Part shown: in pieces, positions 34,872-46,858 of the stretch | Layout of the letters: every line of letters begins with the position of its first letter | Numbering within the stretch: position 1 is the stretch's first letter | Source of the DNA: Macrostomum lignano | Taxonomy: Eukaryota | Length of the DNA: 64,000 nt | Direction: 5' to 3' | NCBI GenBank assembly: GCA_002269645.1 | Contig: NIVC01000924.1 | Span: forward strand, 62,001 to 126,000 | The notes under the pieces: generated by a model | Seen by the model: only the letters and a program-made list of their open reading frames with translations | Databases searched by the model: none | What the model was told of the DNA's origin: nothing | Position numbers and translations under genes: made by a program

Positions 34872-37800
34872 TAGTGTCTGTCTGTCTTAGTGTCTGTCTG
34901 TCTTAGTGTCTGTCTGTCTGTCTTAGTGTCTGTCTGTCTTAGTGTCTGTCTGTCTTAGTGTCTGTCTGTCTTAGTGTCTGTCTGTCTGTCTTAGTGTCTG
35001 TCTGTCTGTCTTAGTGTCTGTCTGTCTGTCTTAGTGTCTGTCTTAGTGTCTGTCTGGCTGTCTGTCTGTCTGTCTGTCAGCCGGTCTGTCACCTGAGACT
35101 AACTCACCGCCTAGCCAGTGCCTGCCGCAGTTTGTCAGCCTTCGCGGCTGGCTCACACGGCTCCACGGGACTGAGCCGGCCGCTCGGTATGGGGAAGGTG
35201 GCGGGCCTGGTGGCCACCTTCTTTGGCCGTTTAGCCCGGCACAGCTTGCGCATGTCGACCTCCGTGGCCACGACTGCGCCAGGCGGCGGCCTGTAGAGCA
35301 GCCAGAAGCCGCGCTCCTGACTCTCCAGCACCATGCGCTCGAGCCGTTCCAGCTTCCTGCACAGGTTGAGAGTGGCGGATAGAATGATTAATTAGCGTGT
35401 CTGTGGTGGTGTCTTTTGCAGTATCCGTTGTAGTGTCTGTGGTTGTGTCTGTGGTAGTGTCTAGTAGTGTCTGTGGTAGTGTCTGGTAGTGTCTGGTAGT
35501 GTCTGGTAGTGTCTGTTGTAGTGTCTGTTGTAGTGCCTGTGGTAGTGTCTGCTGTAGTGTCTGTGGTAGTGTATGTTGTAGTGCCTGTGGTAGTGTCTGG
35601 TAGTGTCTGTGGTAGTGTCTGGTAGTGTCTGTGGTAGTGTCTGGTAGTGTCTGTTGTAGTGTCTGTTGTAGTGCTTGTGGTAGAGTCTGTGGTAGTGTCT
35701 GGTAGTGTCTGTTGTAGTGTCTGTGGTAGTGTCTGTTGTAGTGCTTGTGGTAGTGTCTGGTAGTGTCTGTGGTAGTGTCTGTGGTAGTGTCTGTGGTAGT
35801 GTCTGGTAGTGCCTGTGGTAGTGCCTGTGGTAGTGTCTGTGGTAGTGTCTGTGGTAGTGTCTGTTGTAGTGTCTGTTGTAGTGCCTGTGCTAGTGCCTGT
35901 AGTAGTGTCTGTGGTAGTGTCTGTGGTAGTGTCTGTGGTAGTGTCTGTGGTAGTGTCTGTTGTAGTGTCTGTTGTAGTGCCTGTGGTAGTGTCTGTTGTA
36001 GTGCCTGTGGTAGTGTCTGTGGTAGTGTCTGTGGTAGTGTCTGGTAGTGCCTGTGGTAGTGCCTGTGGTAGTGTCTGTGGTAGTGTCTGTTGTAGTGCCT
36101 GTGCTAGTGTCTGTTGCAGTGCCTGTTGTAGTGTCTTTGGTAGTGTCTGTTGTAGTGCCTGTGGTAGTGTCTGTTGTAGTGTCTGTGGTAGTGTCTGGTA
36201 GTGCCTGTGGTAGTGCCTGTGGTAGTGTCTGTGGTAGTGTCTGTTGTAGTGCCTGTGCTAGTGTCTGTTGCAGTGCCTGTTGTAGTGTCTTTGGTAGTGT
36301 CTGTTGTAGTGCCTGTGGTAGTGTCTGTTGTAGTGTCTGTGGTAGTGTCTGGTAGTGTCTGTTGTAGTGTCTGTTCTAGTGTCTGGTAGTGTCTGTTGTA
36401 GTGCTTGTGGTAGTGCCTGTGGTAGTATCTGTGGTAGTGTCTGGTAGTGTCTGTGGTAGTGTCTGGTAGTGCCTGTGGTTGTGTCTGTTGCAGTGTCTGT
36501 TGTAGTGCCTCTTGGTGTCTGTTGTGTGTCCTAGTGTGTTTCAGTGTCAAACTTGTTGTCTGTGAATGTCGCTATGTATTAACAATATAATCCACGTGGT
36601 ATATTTGCAATTGAACACCGAAACACACACATACGCAATTTGCACTTTAGTCGCCCTAACTAAAGAGAAATAAAGGAAGTTACTCTAAAAAATTCAAACT
36701 AATATCTCTGCCACATTTGCTTGACAGACGAAAATCCTCTACTAAAAAATTTACAGACCGCTCGTAAGCAGAACAGAGGGCACTAAAAGCACAGCTGCTA
36801 CCCGTAAATGCACAGAACAATTTTATGTATTTAGGAATTAGAAAATTATTTTCAAAGCTGTCCGCTGCGTGACTAACGGGCCGGTCCATTGTTCCGGACT
36901 GCTGGCCCATGATAAGCGCAGAGGCGCCGCTGTCTCTCTTGCAACCCAAACTGCCAACTCCGATGCGACACTGTGAGAACTGCTGTCAATATCAGAGCTC
37001 AACTGGGTGCGAATATGCCTCTGATGTCTGCATATTGAGCAGCTGGAGGCGCAACTACTGATAATGTAAGCTGAGTGGCTGCTGCACCTGGGTCTGGGAG
37101 GGCGGTGGCTGAGCCTGGGATTTGGGAGGGCGGTGGCTGAGCCTGGGGTCTGGGAGGGCGGTGGCTGAGCCTGGGATTAGGGAGGGCGGTGGCTGAGCCT
37201 GGGGTCTGGGAGGGCGGTGGCTGAGCCTGGGATTTGGGAGGGCGGTGGCTGAGCCTGGGGTCTGGGAGGGCGGTGGCTGAGCCTGGGGTCTGGGAGGGCG
37301 GTGGCTGAGCCTGGGGTCTGTGAGGGCGGTGGCTGAGCCTGGGAGGGTAGTGGCTGAGCCTTGAGTCTGGGAGGGCGGTGGCTGAGCCTTGGGTCTGGGA
37401 GGGCGGTGGCTGAGCCTTGGGTCTGGGAGGGCGGTGGCTGAGCCTTGAGTCTGGGAGGGTGGTGGTTGAGCCTGGGGTCTGGGAGGGCGGTGGCTGAGCC
37501 TTGGGTCTGGGAGGGCAGTGGCTGAGCCTGGGAGGGTAGTGGCTGAGCCTTGAGTCTGGGAGGGCGGTGGCTGAGCCTGGGAGGGTAGTGGCTGAGCCTT
37601 GAGTCTGGGAGGGCGGTGGCTGAGCCTGGGAGGGTAGTGGCTGAGCCTTGAGTCTGGGAGGGCGGTGGCTGAGCCTTGGGTCTGGGAGGGTGGTGGCTGA
37701 GCCTTGAGTCTGGGAGGGCAGTGGCTGAGCCTGGGAGGGTAGTGGCTGAGCCTTGAGTCTGGGAGGGTGGTGGTTGAGCCTGGGGTCTGGGAGGGCGGTG

Positions 37801-38793
37801 GCTGAGCCTTGGGTCTGGGAGGGCGGTGGCTGAGCCTGGGGTCTGGGAGGGCGGTGGCTGAGCCTGGGGTCTGGGAGGGTGGTGGCTGAGCCTTGGGTCT
37901 GGGAGGGTGGTGGCTGAGCCTTGGGTCTGAGAGGGCGGTGGCTGAGCCTGGGAGGGTAGTGGCTGAGCCTTGAGTCTGGGAGGGCGGTGGCTGAGCCTGG
38001 GGTCTGGGAGGGCGGTGGCTGAGCCTGGGGTCTGGGAGGGCGGTGGCTGAGCCTGGGAGGGTAGTGGCTGAGCCTTGGGTCTGGGAGGGCGGTGGCTGAG
38101 CCTGGGGTCTGGGAGGGCGGTGGCTAAGCCTGGAGTCTGGGACGGTGGCGGTGGCCCAATAATTTGGCCTCATTTACGTGGAACTAAGATGATAGAGCTT
38201 GGTAATTCTACAATCCAAAAGATCCATTGTAACAAAAATAAAGCCGAAATCAGCTTTACCTATCAACCTTAGCCTCGGCCTCCGCCTGCAGGTAGATAAA
38301 CTCCCATTTGTGAGACAGTAGGCGCTGCAGCCTGGCCAAATTCTCAGCCTCATAATTGGCCAATTCCAATCGCTGCTTATTGAGCAGTGTTCGCTTGCAC
38401 AGGTAGACAGCATAGTCAGTGTTGTCCAGCCGATCTGGTGATTTACTGGGCCACAGGCAGGGCGTTTGAAATCGATAATAGGAAGAATCGTTGCGTACAA
38501 CCAGAGCCGTGCCTTCGACTGGGATGATGTAACCGTGAGCTGCCAGCATGCTGGCCACGTGACAGGCCTCCTGCGGTAATGGTCGGATCGGATAGTCATT
38601 AGTTAGCTAGTAGCTCGCATGTGTTTAGCAAATTGAATAAAAATTGACTGCTGCTACTGGTAGTAGCACTACCTACCTAGCCCAAGGCACTACCAACACT
38701 AATATTACTAAAACTACAACAAATATTACTACTAATAGTCCAAGTAATACTGCTAATAGTACACTACTAGCACTACTACTACTGCTACTACTG

Positions 38794-38831
<38 letters not shown>

Positions 38832-40316
38832 GTCTCCAAGTGAGAGGGAGTGAGAGGGAGTGAGAGGAAGCGAGAGTGAGAGAGTGAGAGGAAGCGAGAG
38901 TGAGAGAGTGAGAGGAAGCGAGAGTGAGAGGGACTGAGAGGAATCGAGAGGGAGTGACGGAGAGAGTGAGGGAGTGACGGAGAGTGAGAGAGAGTGACGG
39001 AGAGTGAGAGGGAGTGACGGAGAGTGAGAGGGAGTGACGGAGAGTGAGAGGGAGTGACGGAGAGTGAGAGGGAGTGACGGAGAGTGAGAGGGAGTGACGG
39101 AGAGTGAGAGGGAGTGAGAGGAAGCGAGAGGGAGTGAGATGGAGTGAGAGGAAGCGAGAGTGAGAGGGAGTGAGAGGGAGTGAGATGGAGTGAGAGGAAG
39201 CGAGAGTGAGAGGGAGTGAGAGGAAGCGAGAGGGAGTGAGAGGAAGCGAGAGGGAGTGAGATGGAGTGAGAGGAAGCGAGAGGGAGTGAGAGGGAGTGAG
39301 AGGAAGCGAGAGTGAGAGGGAGTGAGAGGAAGCGAGAGGGAGTGAGATGGAGTGAGAGGAAGCGAGAGTGAGAGGGAGTGAGAGGAAGCGAGAGGGAGTG
39401 AGATGGAGTGAGAGGAAGCGAGAGGGAGTGAGAGGGAGTGAGAGGAAGCGAGAGTGAGAGGGAGTGAGAGGAAGCGAGAGTGAGAGGGAGTGAGAGGAAG
39501 CGAGAGTGAGAGGGAGTGAGAGGAAGCGAGAGGGAGTGAGATGGAGTGAGAGGAAGCGAGAGGGAGTGAGAGGAAGCGAGAGTGAGAGAGAGTGAGAGGA
39601 AGCGAGAGGGAGTGAAAGTGAGAGGAAGCGAGAGGGAGTGAGAGGGAGTGAGAGGAAGCGAGAGGGAGTGAGAGGGAGTGAGAGGAAGCGAGAGTGAGAG
39701 AGAGTGAGAGGAAGCGAGAGTGAGAGAGAGTGAGAGGAAGCGAGAGGGAGTGACGGAGAGTGAGAGGGAGTGAGAGGAAGCGATCGAGGGAGTGAGAGGA
39801 AGCGAGAGGGAGTGAGAGGAAGCGAGAGTGAGAGAGAGTGAGAGGAAGCGAGAGTGAGAGAGAGTGAGAGGAAGCGAGAGGGAGTGACGGAGAGTGAGAG
39901 GGAGTGAGAGGAAGCGATCGAGGGAGTGAGAGGAAGCGAGAGGGAGTGACGGAGAGCGTAGAGGGAAAGACTCGATATGCCCTAACCTGAGCATCCTCTG
40001 CATCGGTGTTACGCAGAAGCCAGCCGCACAGCTCCGACCCAGTGAAACAAGACGGCTGACAGGACATAAAGGATTTAACAGTGCGCACAGAGATGCCTGC
40101 GTCTTCCTGTTGTAGCCGTTCTAATAGTCGCTCTAGTCGGGACCATTGGTAAGCGTTGGGATGCGGCGGGCGGCCAGCCTCAGTGGTGACTGGTGCTGTT
40201 TTTGCTTTAGCGTGTCTGGCGTGGTGTCGCATTACTGAGGTGGATGTTGCACTGCTGCTGCTGCTGCTGCCAGCACTGCCGGAGCTGCAGGCAGCCTGAG
40301 TCTGTTGCTGCTGCAT
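33959..40316 (-). CDS. RGS7: R7-family regulator of G-protein signalling (RGS6/7, EGL-10-like; DEP-DHEX-GGL-RGS); exons 40316-39987, 38570-38260, 35356-35108, 34694-33959; about 541 aa
   Basis: DEP (GISVRTVKSFMS...FTGSELCGWL, AAHGYIIPV, YYRFQTP), DHEX (NTDYAVYLCKR, SQERGFW), GGL (RVKVSKAAES...EFDAF) and RGS box (WGFSIHELLRDPAG, SAENLAFWEAC, LMKSDSYGRFLRS). Phases consistent; the 5' end could extend further. Confidence 0.92.
34765..35078 (-). repeat. (GACA)n-type microsatellite with TTAGTGTCTG interruptions in RGS intron 3
   Basis: Read directly. Confidence 0.95.
35400..36530. repeat. 10/12-bp minisatellite (GTAGTGTCTG[TG/TT]) in RGS intron 2
   Basis: Read directly. Confidence 0.96.
37075..38145. 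repeat. G-rich 28/21-bp minisatellite (CTGGGAGGGCGGTGGCTGAGCCTGGGGT) in RGS intron 2
   Basis: Period 28 (37141/37169) with a 21-bp deletion variant. Confidence 0.96.
38760..39957. repeat. (ACT)n microsatellite followed by a 1.1-kb GA-rich polypurine compound repeat in RGS intron 1
   Basis: ACT run about 38760-38830; GAGAGGAAGC/GAGAGGGAGT/GACGGAGAGT modules 38842-39957. Confidence 0.95.
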
Positions 40317-40599
40317 ATAGCAACAAGCAGTTGCCTTACGCTTTCAGGTCACTATCTATACTATTATTATTGTTCTCAAACTGATATATTCTTGGTGCAG
40401 GAACTCACTAGTGGTGACCAAGTGTAGAAATTATCAATTTTTATAGCTGAAACTAAGATTATTGATGACAAATATAGGCAAATATTTATTTCAGCTTAGA
40501 ATGAAATATAGCAAAAAAACATAATCTTTCATCAAACATATGAAACCTTAAAACTTAGTTTTAACATTTTTTAATTGAAATTGGTCAAATAATAGAGGT

Positions 40600-40965
40600 C
40601 CTGTTGGAAAAGTTATGCACCTGCATTGGCATAAAAGGTGAGCAAGGTGCACAAAAGAGACAATTTAGTGGCCTATTTTGGGTGTGTTTTGGAAATGCAC
40701 CTGAGCGCACCTTTTATGCATAAATGTCACTAATATTTTGAAAAGAGGCATGAAAAGTGCACAATCAGTGAAGTGGTCAGACATTGGGGGAATTGTCAAG
40801 TTTGATTGGTTGCGGAAATATGGGCATTAGAGGTGCATAAGGTGTATATGTATGGTGTAAATCTATGCATTTCCAAAATATGCACAAAATAGGCCATTAA
40901 AATGCCTCTTTTGTGCACCTTGCTCACCTTTTATGCCTACGCAGTTGAATAACTTTTCTAATGGG
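40600..40965. mobile_element. MITE with about 100-bp TIRs just upstream of the RGS start
   Basis: 40600-40700 matches the reverse complement of 40865-40965, including an identical block GGCATAAAAGGTGAGCAAGGTGCACAAAAGAG. Superfamily unresolved. Confidence 0.8.
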
Positions 40966-42401
40966 AATTAATAATAAAAAATTAACTAACAGCTACATAC
41001 TTATATATTGCAACCACAGATTGAACATAGAAAAAGCTTTATTTACATCCATACTAATTGCTGCTATCCCTTTCCTGATTCTGGCAAACCATGAAAGTAA
41101 ACATTCCCTATACTGATAAGTTCCAATGACTTTCAACAACTGAGGAAAAGTTCCAAAAAGTGGTGAAAAGTTTTGTATTAGTGAGGAAAAGTAGAGAAGA
41201 ACTTTCGCAAGTTAGAATGCCCCTTGCAGTGCCCACTGTGCACCTTTTGTTCAACTTTTGTGCCTCTAATGCACACTGTACATCTTTTATGCACTTTCAC
41301 TGTGGCACAACTTTTGTTCACCTTTCACTCTACCAATACCCCAATTCCTACTTTATTCACCTTTTGTGCTTCTAATGCACACTGTGCACTTTCAATACAC
41401 CTAATTCCTCTATGACATCTATGCCCCTATCAACTATTTTGTGCCTTAAATTCACCTTTTGACCCTACAGAAGCACTCAGGTAAACACACACTGCACAAA
41501 TAGAACAAAATAGGCATAAGAAAGGCAAAAGTAGGGTAGAATTTACTACCCTACTACCCTATTTACTTTTGTGTACAAGGTACAAAACTCTTTACCTTTT
41601 ATGCCTACCTTAAAAAAATCAAAATCCAATGGGGGTCACTAAACTTTTTGTACATGTATTTGTTAGCACTTTTGTAGGCCAGTGCATTTTGCCTATTTTA
41701 TACTTTGAAAATAGTTTTTATAACAAATATTTAAAGAGAAATTCAATTCTAGGGGGCTTAAAGCACAATGGAACTCAAAATAATATTTTTGCTACTTTTC
41801 TAGTGGCTAACTTTGTTTCAAATTTATTTTTTCTATTTGGAGTAAAGTAATGACAATATAGTTATAATACTAAATGGAAAAAATTGTTTTTTTGGCTAAG
41901 AAAAACAAAGAAAACCTATTGAAAAAAGTAAAGAGAATAGAAGTTTATTTTAAATTTGAAATATATATAAAATGAAAAATGAAAAATAGCCTAACCAAAT
42001 ATATTGGCTAATTAGCATAGCATTTTAAATGACTTTTGGCAATCCTTCTATATACCCTTGCTCTAAAAATTCCAAATGCAATTTTTTCAACTAAAAATGA
42101 TTTTTTAAAGTAAATTTAAGGTATAATCCCTTATTTTAAAATACAATTAGTTAATTGTATAATACAATAATTTATAATTTTAATTAATTTATTATTACTT
42201 ATTTAATTTTTCTAAAAATATATGCAAACATTATGTTTCAAAAATATACAAAAAAGCTTTAAAAAATTTATAACCACAGGCATAAAATTAAATAGCATTA
42301 AATTATATGAGGTAGGCCTTGTGCTTTAGAAATGTTTTTTAGAAAGTATTGTATTTGAAAGTATGCTAATTTGTTTAAATGCATATAATATTAAAAATAT
42401 T

Positions 42402-42692
42402 CATACATGTGCAAACCTCCAAAATTTGGTTGGCCATGTGACAGATCTAACAAAAATGTGACATAGTTTTTGGCCAAAAATGTGACTTACATGTAAAAAA
42501 CTTGAAGCAAAATTAATGCAACTTTGGGTAAACGGCGGGAGTAACTATGACTGTCCTATTAAATCAAAATGCCTCATCAGCTACTTAGAAATACTACTTG
42601 GGGTTTTGGGTGGGCATTTTTGCAACTTACCTAGTTGGCCACCAAATCAATCAGCCGGATTGGCCGACTTGGCCGACTGTTGCGCATGTATG
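42402..42692 (+). mobile_element. Small TIR element (MITE-like) carrying a 28S rRNA fragment, copy 1
   Basis: Ends CATACATGTGCAA / TTGCGCATGTATG; colinear homolog split across 61235-61329 and 63166-63345. Confidence 0.7.
42502..42588 (+). pseudogene. 28S rRNA-derived fragment (helix 69 / R2-I-PpoI target region), not a functional rRNA gene
   Basis: 42526-42552 GGGTAAACGGCGGGAGTAACTATGACT matches the universally conserved LSU sequence (from memory) at 27/27; after a correctly sized 14-nt spacer, AAATGCCTC...TTAG matches 19/22. Confidence 0.85.
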
Positions 42693-43028
42693 TAAATATA
42701 AAAAATACTATAAAATTTTTTTGTTTAAAATCATACTGAAAAGGTCTATAAATACACAAGCAGCTAGCAAGAGAGGAATCAACTTGCTTTGTGCTTAAGA
42801 CTTGTTCCATTCAAAACCTTGGGCAATACTACTTACTGACTTAGTTATTTAGAAGCATCAAAGCCCCAAGATTGGGAGAATTAGATCTGTTCTAAGAGAA
42901 CTATATATCTAGATTCAGAATCTAAGAAGTTGCCTTAGAAGGCAGAAATTCTACCACAGAATAGAGTAATCTAGATTAATGAGTCTAAAAAACTTGCCTC
43001 AGGGCAAAATACCTAGCAAGTAAGCTGT

Positions 43029-46000
43029 CCCTATGAAAAATTGGCCCGAATTTTCGCCCGAAAACATATGAAATTGGGCCCGGAACTTTAAATTTGCGGG
43101 TGAAAACTAAAAAGCAGTCGATTCACCCGGAAAGCACGCCAACAAAACAGTTGAAACTAAATCGGGCGAAAAAGTGGGGCTTTTGCCCAGAAAGTGGGGA
43201 AAGCAGAAACCCAGACGTGCGGGTCTCTAGCCCGTTTTTTTCTAAAAGCGTGTCCTGAGGGACTTTGACGTGACGATGCAGATTAAAAATGGGTTTAAAT
43301 CAATATAGATAAACGAGTAGGAAGCTAGGTGCCCAGGTTTCAAGATTCAACCGTACATGTATGTTTATTATTTTAAAAAGTACTATTATAGGAGTTTATA
43401 TATCGATCACAAATGGTGGGAAATAATGTGTCGAAATCATTTACAATTGCTTACTATAAATACCTGTTTCTGAATAAGCTATTCACAGGCTAAAATCTAT
43501 TTTTATTAAGTATTTGCTGTGCTTTTCACTCTTTCATTGCGCTGACCAATGTGAAAAAAGCTAGGAAACTATTTTGTTTGTTTTTTGTTACTTGAAAATT
43601 ATTTAAATTTCAGACGCCACATTTTCAGAACTTCGATATTTTATGTGCTAGCTAGTGAAGCGTGTTTTGTTTCTTTTGTATTAATTTATCATAATCTAAC
43701 AGACAAAGTTTATTAAACTTCAAAAATAGTCAATGGGAAGTATTTCACTAAATGAGTCAATAGCAAGGACTGACCCCCTGCCCCTGCCCTGGTTCAGGAA
43801 TTGGCAGTCACATAGTAAATTATAATTTAATTAAGTCCAGTAATTAGCCTATTTATTTCTTTCTTAAAGTTAGTAAAAATTGAAAATAATTTAGAAAACT
43901 TATCCTGATTAATATTTCACCTATAATAAAGATAGTATTGTATATGAGCACAGAGAGCTTGCTGAATGGTAAAAAGTTTTAGAACATAAGTAACAAATCA
44001 ATTTAAAAAATCATTTATAAAGTCCAAATATAGCTCGTAAAACTCTGAGTAGCATTAATATAATTTTTGCTTTTTCAAGTTTGTATAGTCTATATAGTAC
44101 TTTTTAGAAAGCTATGTATTCACATTATTTTTTAATGTGTATGCTTTTGTATTTTATTTAATATAATTTTGATAACTTATTATATTCTAAGGGAACCTAA
44201 AGCCTAGAACTGAGCATTTTTCAAGGAAGCTAATAACTTGAAAAAGTTTTGCAATTTAACATATTCCCAGAGATAAAGGCCCTTTAAATCTTATAAATAA
44301 GCCTTCTTTTTTCTCTTATATGAATGTTTTAGATCTAATAATCTGAATATGTTTTGTAGAATAAACATTTACCATCGGATTTAACATTCCAAGCACTGTA
44401 CTTATACCATTATAATTAAAGAAAAATTATTAATAATCAATTTAGTTGCCTTTTAATTTAGGTTTAGATTTTATTGATCAATAAACAGAATTTTAGCATC
44501 ATCATACCATGCTCCTAAGTCATTTATGCTATGTATACATGCCCTTCAGCCAAGTTTTCCTCTGGCCATTAATGTCTGATGACATTGGACTGCTAAGCGT
44601 CGTCGCCGGGACTATGCTGTGCGCTACAGGACTGGTGTTGGGCGACATACTCCAGCCCAAACAGTCTATTTTAAAGTCATGTAAAATCACAAGATCTGAG
44701 CTGCAGCGTGCCTACTCCCGATGCCGAGAGGGCCAACTACCGAGAAAGACCAGCGTCGCTAGAAAGGCGACGAAGACCAAACCAGGTGATGTTTTCATTT
44801 TTTTGTATTGTAGTGTTGTTTAAAACATTATTGACACTTTTCTGCAACTGCGCCCCCTTCTACTCCAGGTGCGCTGCTTCGAGTAGCTGGCCAGCAAGCC
44901 AGCCTAACTGGTGCTGCAGCATCTCAGCTGCCAGAATCTGCTGTTACGCCACCCAGTACCAGGCTCATGACCAGTGACACCGCTGACATGTTCAATCAAG
45001 CGCAGTATCGCATCCTGTCGCTCGCTGAGTTATAAATCTATACTTAAACTTTGAACTTATGAATTTCTATCGCATTTGCTTTTGTTCTAGCTACACTGAT
45101 TTGTTTTTTTCATTGCTTCGTAATGTGGCTGCGACGAAGGGATCTCGAAGTCACCTTAATTTACACCAGACCCCATTACTGATCTTGGTTCTTCCTATCC
45201 TTCCGAATGTTGCTATTTCCCCCTCACATCGTTTCTCTCCTTTCTCCGTGGTCGCGCTAATACTTTCCCTATCTTAGCTATTTCACATATGCATTCTGTG
45301 TGCACCCCTCTCCTTGCACTCTGTGCCTTAGATCTACCTCTTTTCAGTCGCAAACGTACTGGTATATTTGGTTATTTCTTAGCTGCAAATGCCCTATAAA
45401 TTCAGTTAGTTATTTCTCCTTTTTATGGTTTTCTGCAGCATTTCTCTACGTCTAGCCCCTTCATGTTATCTTCTTTACAACTTTGTTTGTTTCTGTTTCG
45501 ATTCTTTTCTTAACCCTCCTTTGCTTTTATTACTTTTATGCTATAATGCTTTTGCTTACTGAACATATTGAATGCATTCATTAAATATTTAAATAAACTA
45601 TCACACACACTTTTTCTTATTATGTGACCAAGTATTTATACATTTCTATCTAAATTTCTTATTGAATCCCTCCAGAATTGCCTTATTTTTCTTCTCGATA
45701 CATGTAGCTCTCTTGGAGGGGGTCATTTAGCTCGTACATGCAAAATCTTCCTATTCAACTAGATACAAGTTTTATTGCAGTATGAAAAGTAGCAGTCATC
45801 GTAAAGTTTATGCCTATGCCCTCTAAAAACGTACTATAATATCGTGCACTATCACTAAGACCAAAAGCAGGAAATATGACCAGCTCTTCGGGCCGGATTT
45901 GCAAGCAAAATATCGGTTAACTGGCCCGGATTTTTCGGCGCAAAATAATTCTGGGTGAATTGCCTGTAAATATTCGGGTAAAAATGCGGGTGCATGCACG

Positions 46001-46130
46001 GGTGCATCACCCGAAAAACGAACTTTTCGTAACGATTCCGGGCCAGTAGCCCGGCAATTTTTACACCCGCAAAGTGCTGACGATTTTGGGTAAAGAGTAG
46101 GGTGAAAATTTGGGCCAATTTTTCATAGGG
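43029..46130. mobile_element. Non-autonomous CACTA/EnSpm-like DNA transposon (3.1 kb)
   Basis: 31-bp TIRs CCCTATGAAAAATTGGCCC.AATTTTC.CCC (29/31); 2-bp TSD GT; subterminal CCCG/CGGG motifs; boundaries confirmed by an empty-site paralog at 47392-47430. Confidence 0.8.
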
Positions 46131-46260
46131 GTGACCCTCTAATCCAGGGAATGCCTAGGACTGAGAATAAAACTCCTTAAATGAGTATAAGGATAGACTA
46201 CACAGTGCCATAAGACCACTCAGGCTAGAAGTATAGTACATATATATATATATACACTAC

Positions 46261-46858
46261 TAGTACCAGGGTCAGGATTGTGTACCGCTGTACGCTGGAA
46301 CAAAAATTGCTTCCGTAGCTCATGCATGCCAATGTATGCCAAGGAACTTTTTATTGCATACAAAAATATGCCAAAATAAAAATTACAAATTACAACTAAT
46401 ATTAAAAGCTTGCAAAATTTTAATATTCAAACAACCTATGCTTTAAAACTGAAAATCTTTTTACTAAACTATAGAAAACAGTTAATTTTAATATTTTTGT
46501 TTTATTGTCACTTTCTTGAAAAAGTTAAACCCAGTTTTTTTATTTAGTTTTACATTTCTTTTTGTTAAGGGCCGGCTATTCTTTCTGATCAAAATTTTGC
46601 TACTCTAACTATATACATAGAAACTATGCCAAATGCAAACTTAATCATTTTTGTATGCTAATTATATAGATTGATTGTTGGGACTTGGAACTTTTGGTCC
46701 CACCTGCTGGTCTCGGCAATCTCTATATGCCAAGCTGTACGCCAAGAGGGCATGCCAGGCGCCTTTGTATGCCAAGTTGTATGCCAATGTGTAATCTAGG
46801 TCCCTCTGTATGCCAGAAAATTCCAGCATACATGTATATCATCTGAAGTCTGGTACTA
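46261..46858. mobile_element. MITE-like element rich in TGTATGCC motifs
   Basis: Short inverted ends TAGTACCAG / CTGGTACTA; shares TGTAYGCC(A/G)GAAAATTCCAGC with 52332-52818. Confidence 0.55.

Noticed and set aside
2231-38145. Regularly spaced 21-38-bp repeats as possible CRISPR arrays
   Set aside because: Units are head-to-tail with no unique spacers, there are no cas genes, and the context is eukaryotic and intronic.
35763-40003. Long Pro/Ser/His-rich ORFs (37055-38173, 38753-40003) and the 547-aa read-through 38673-40316
   Set aside because: They lie in RGS introns; only 40316-39987 is exon, ended by a CAG|GTTAGG donor that restores the DEP domain.
42502-42588. Functional rRNA gene
   Set aside because: Under 100 nt of homology, decayed core and no other rDNA sequence nearby.
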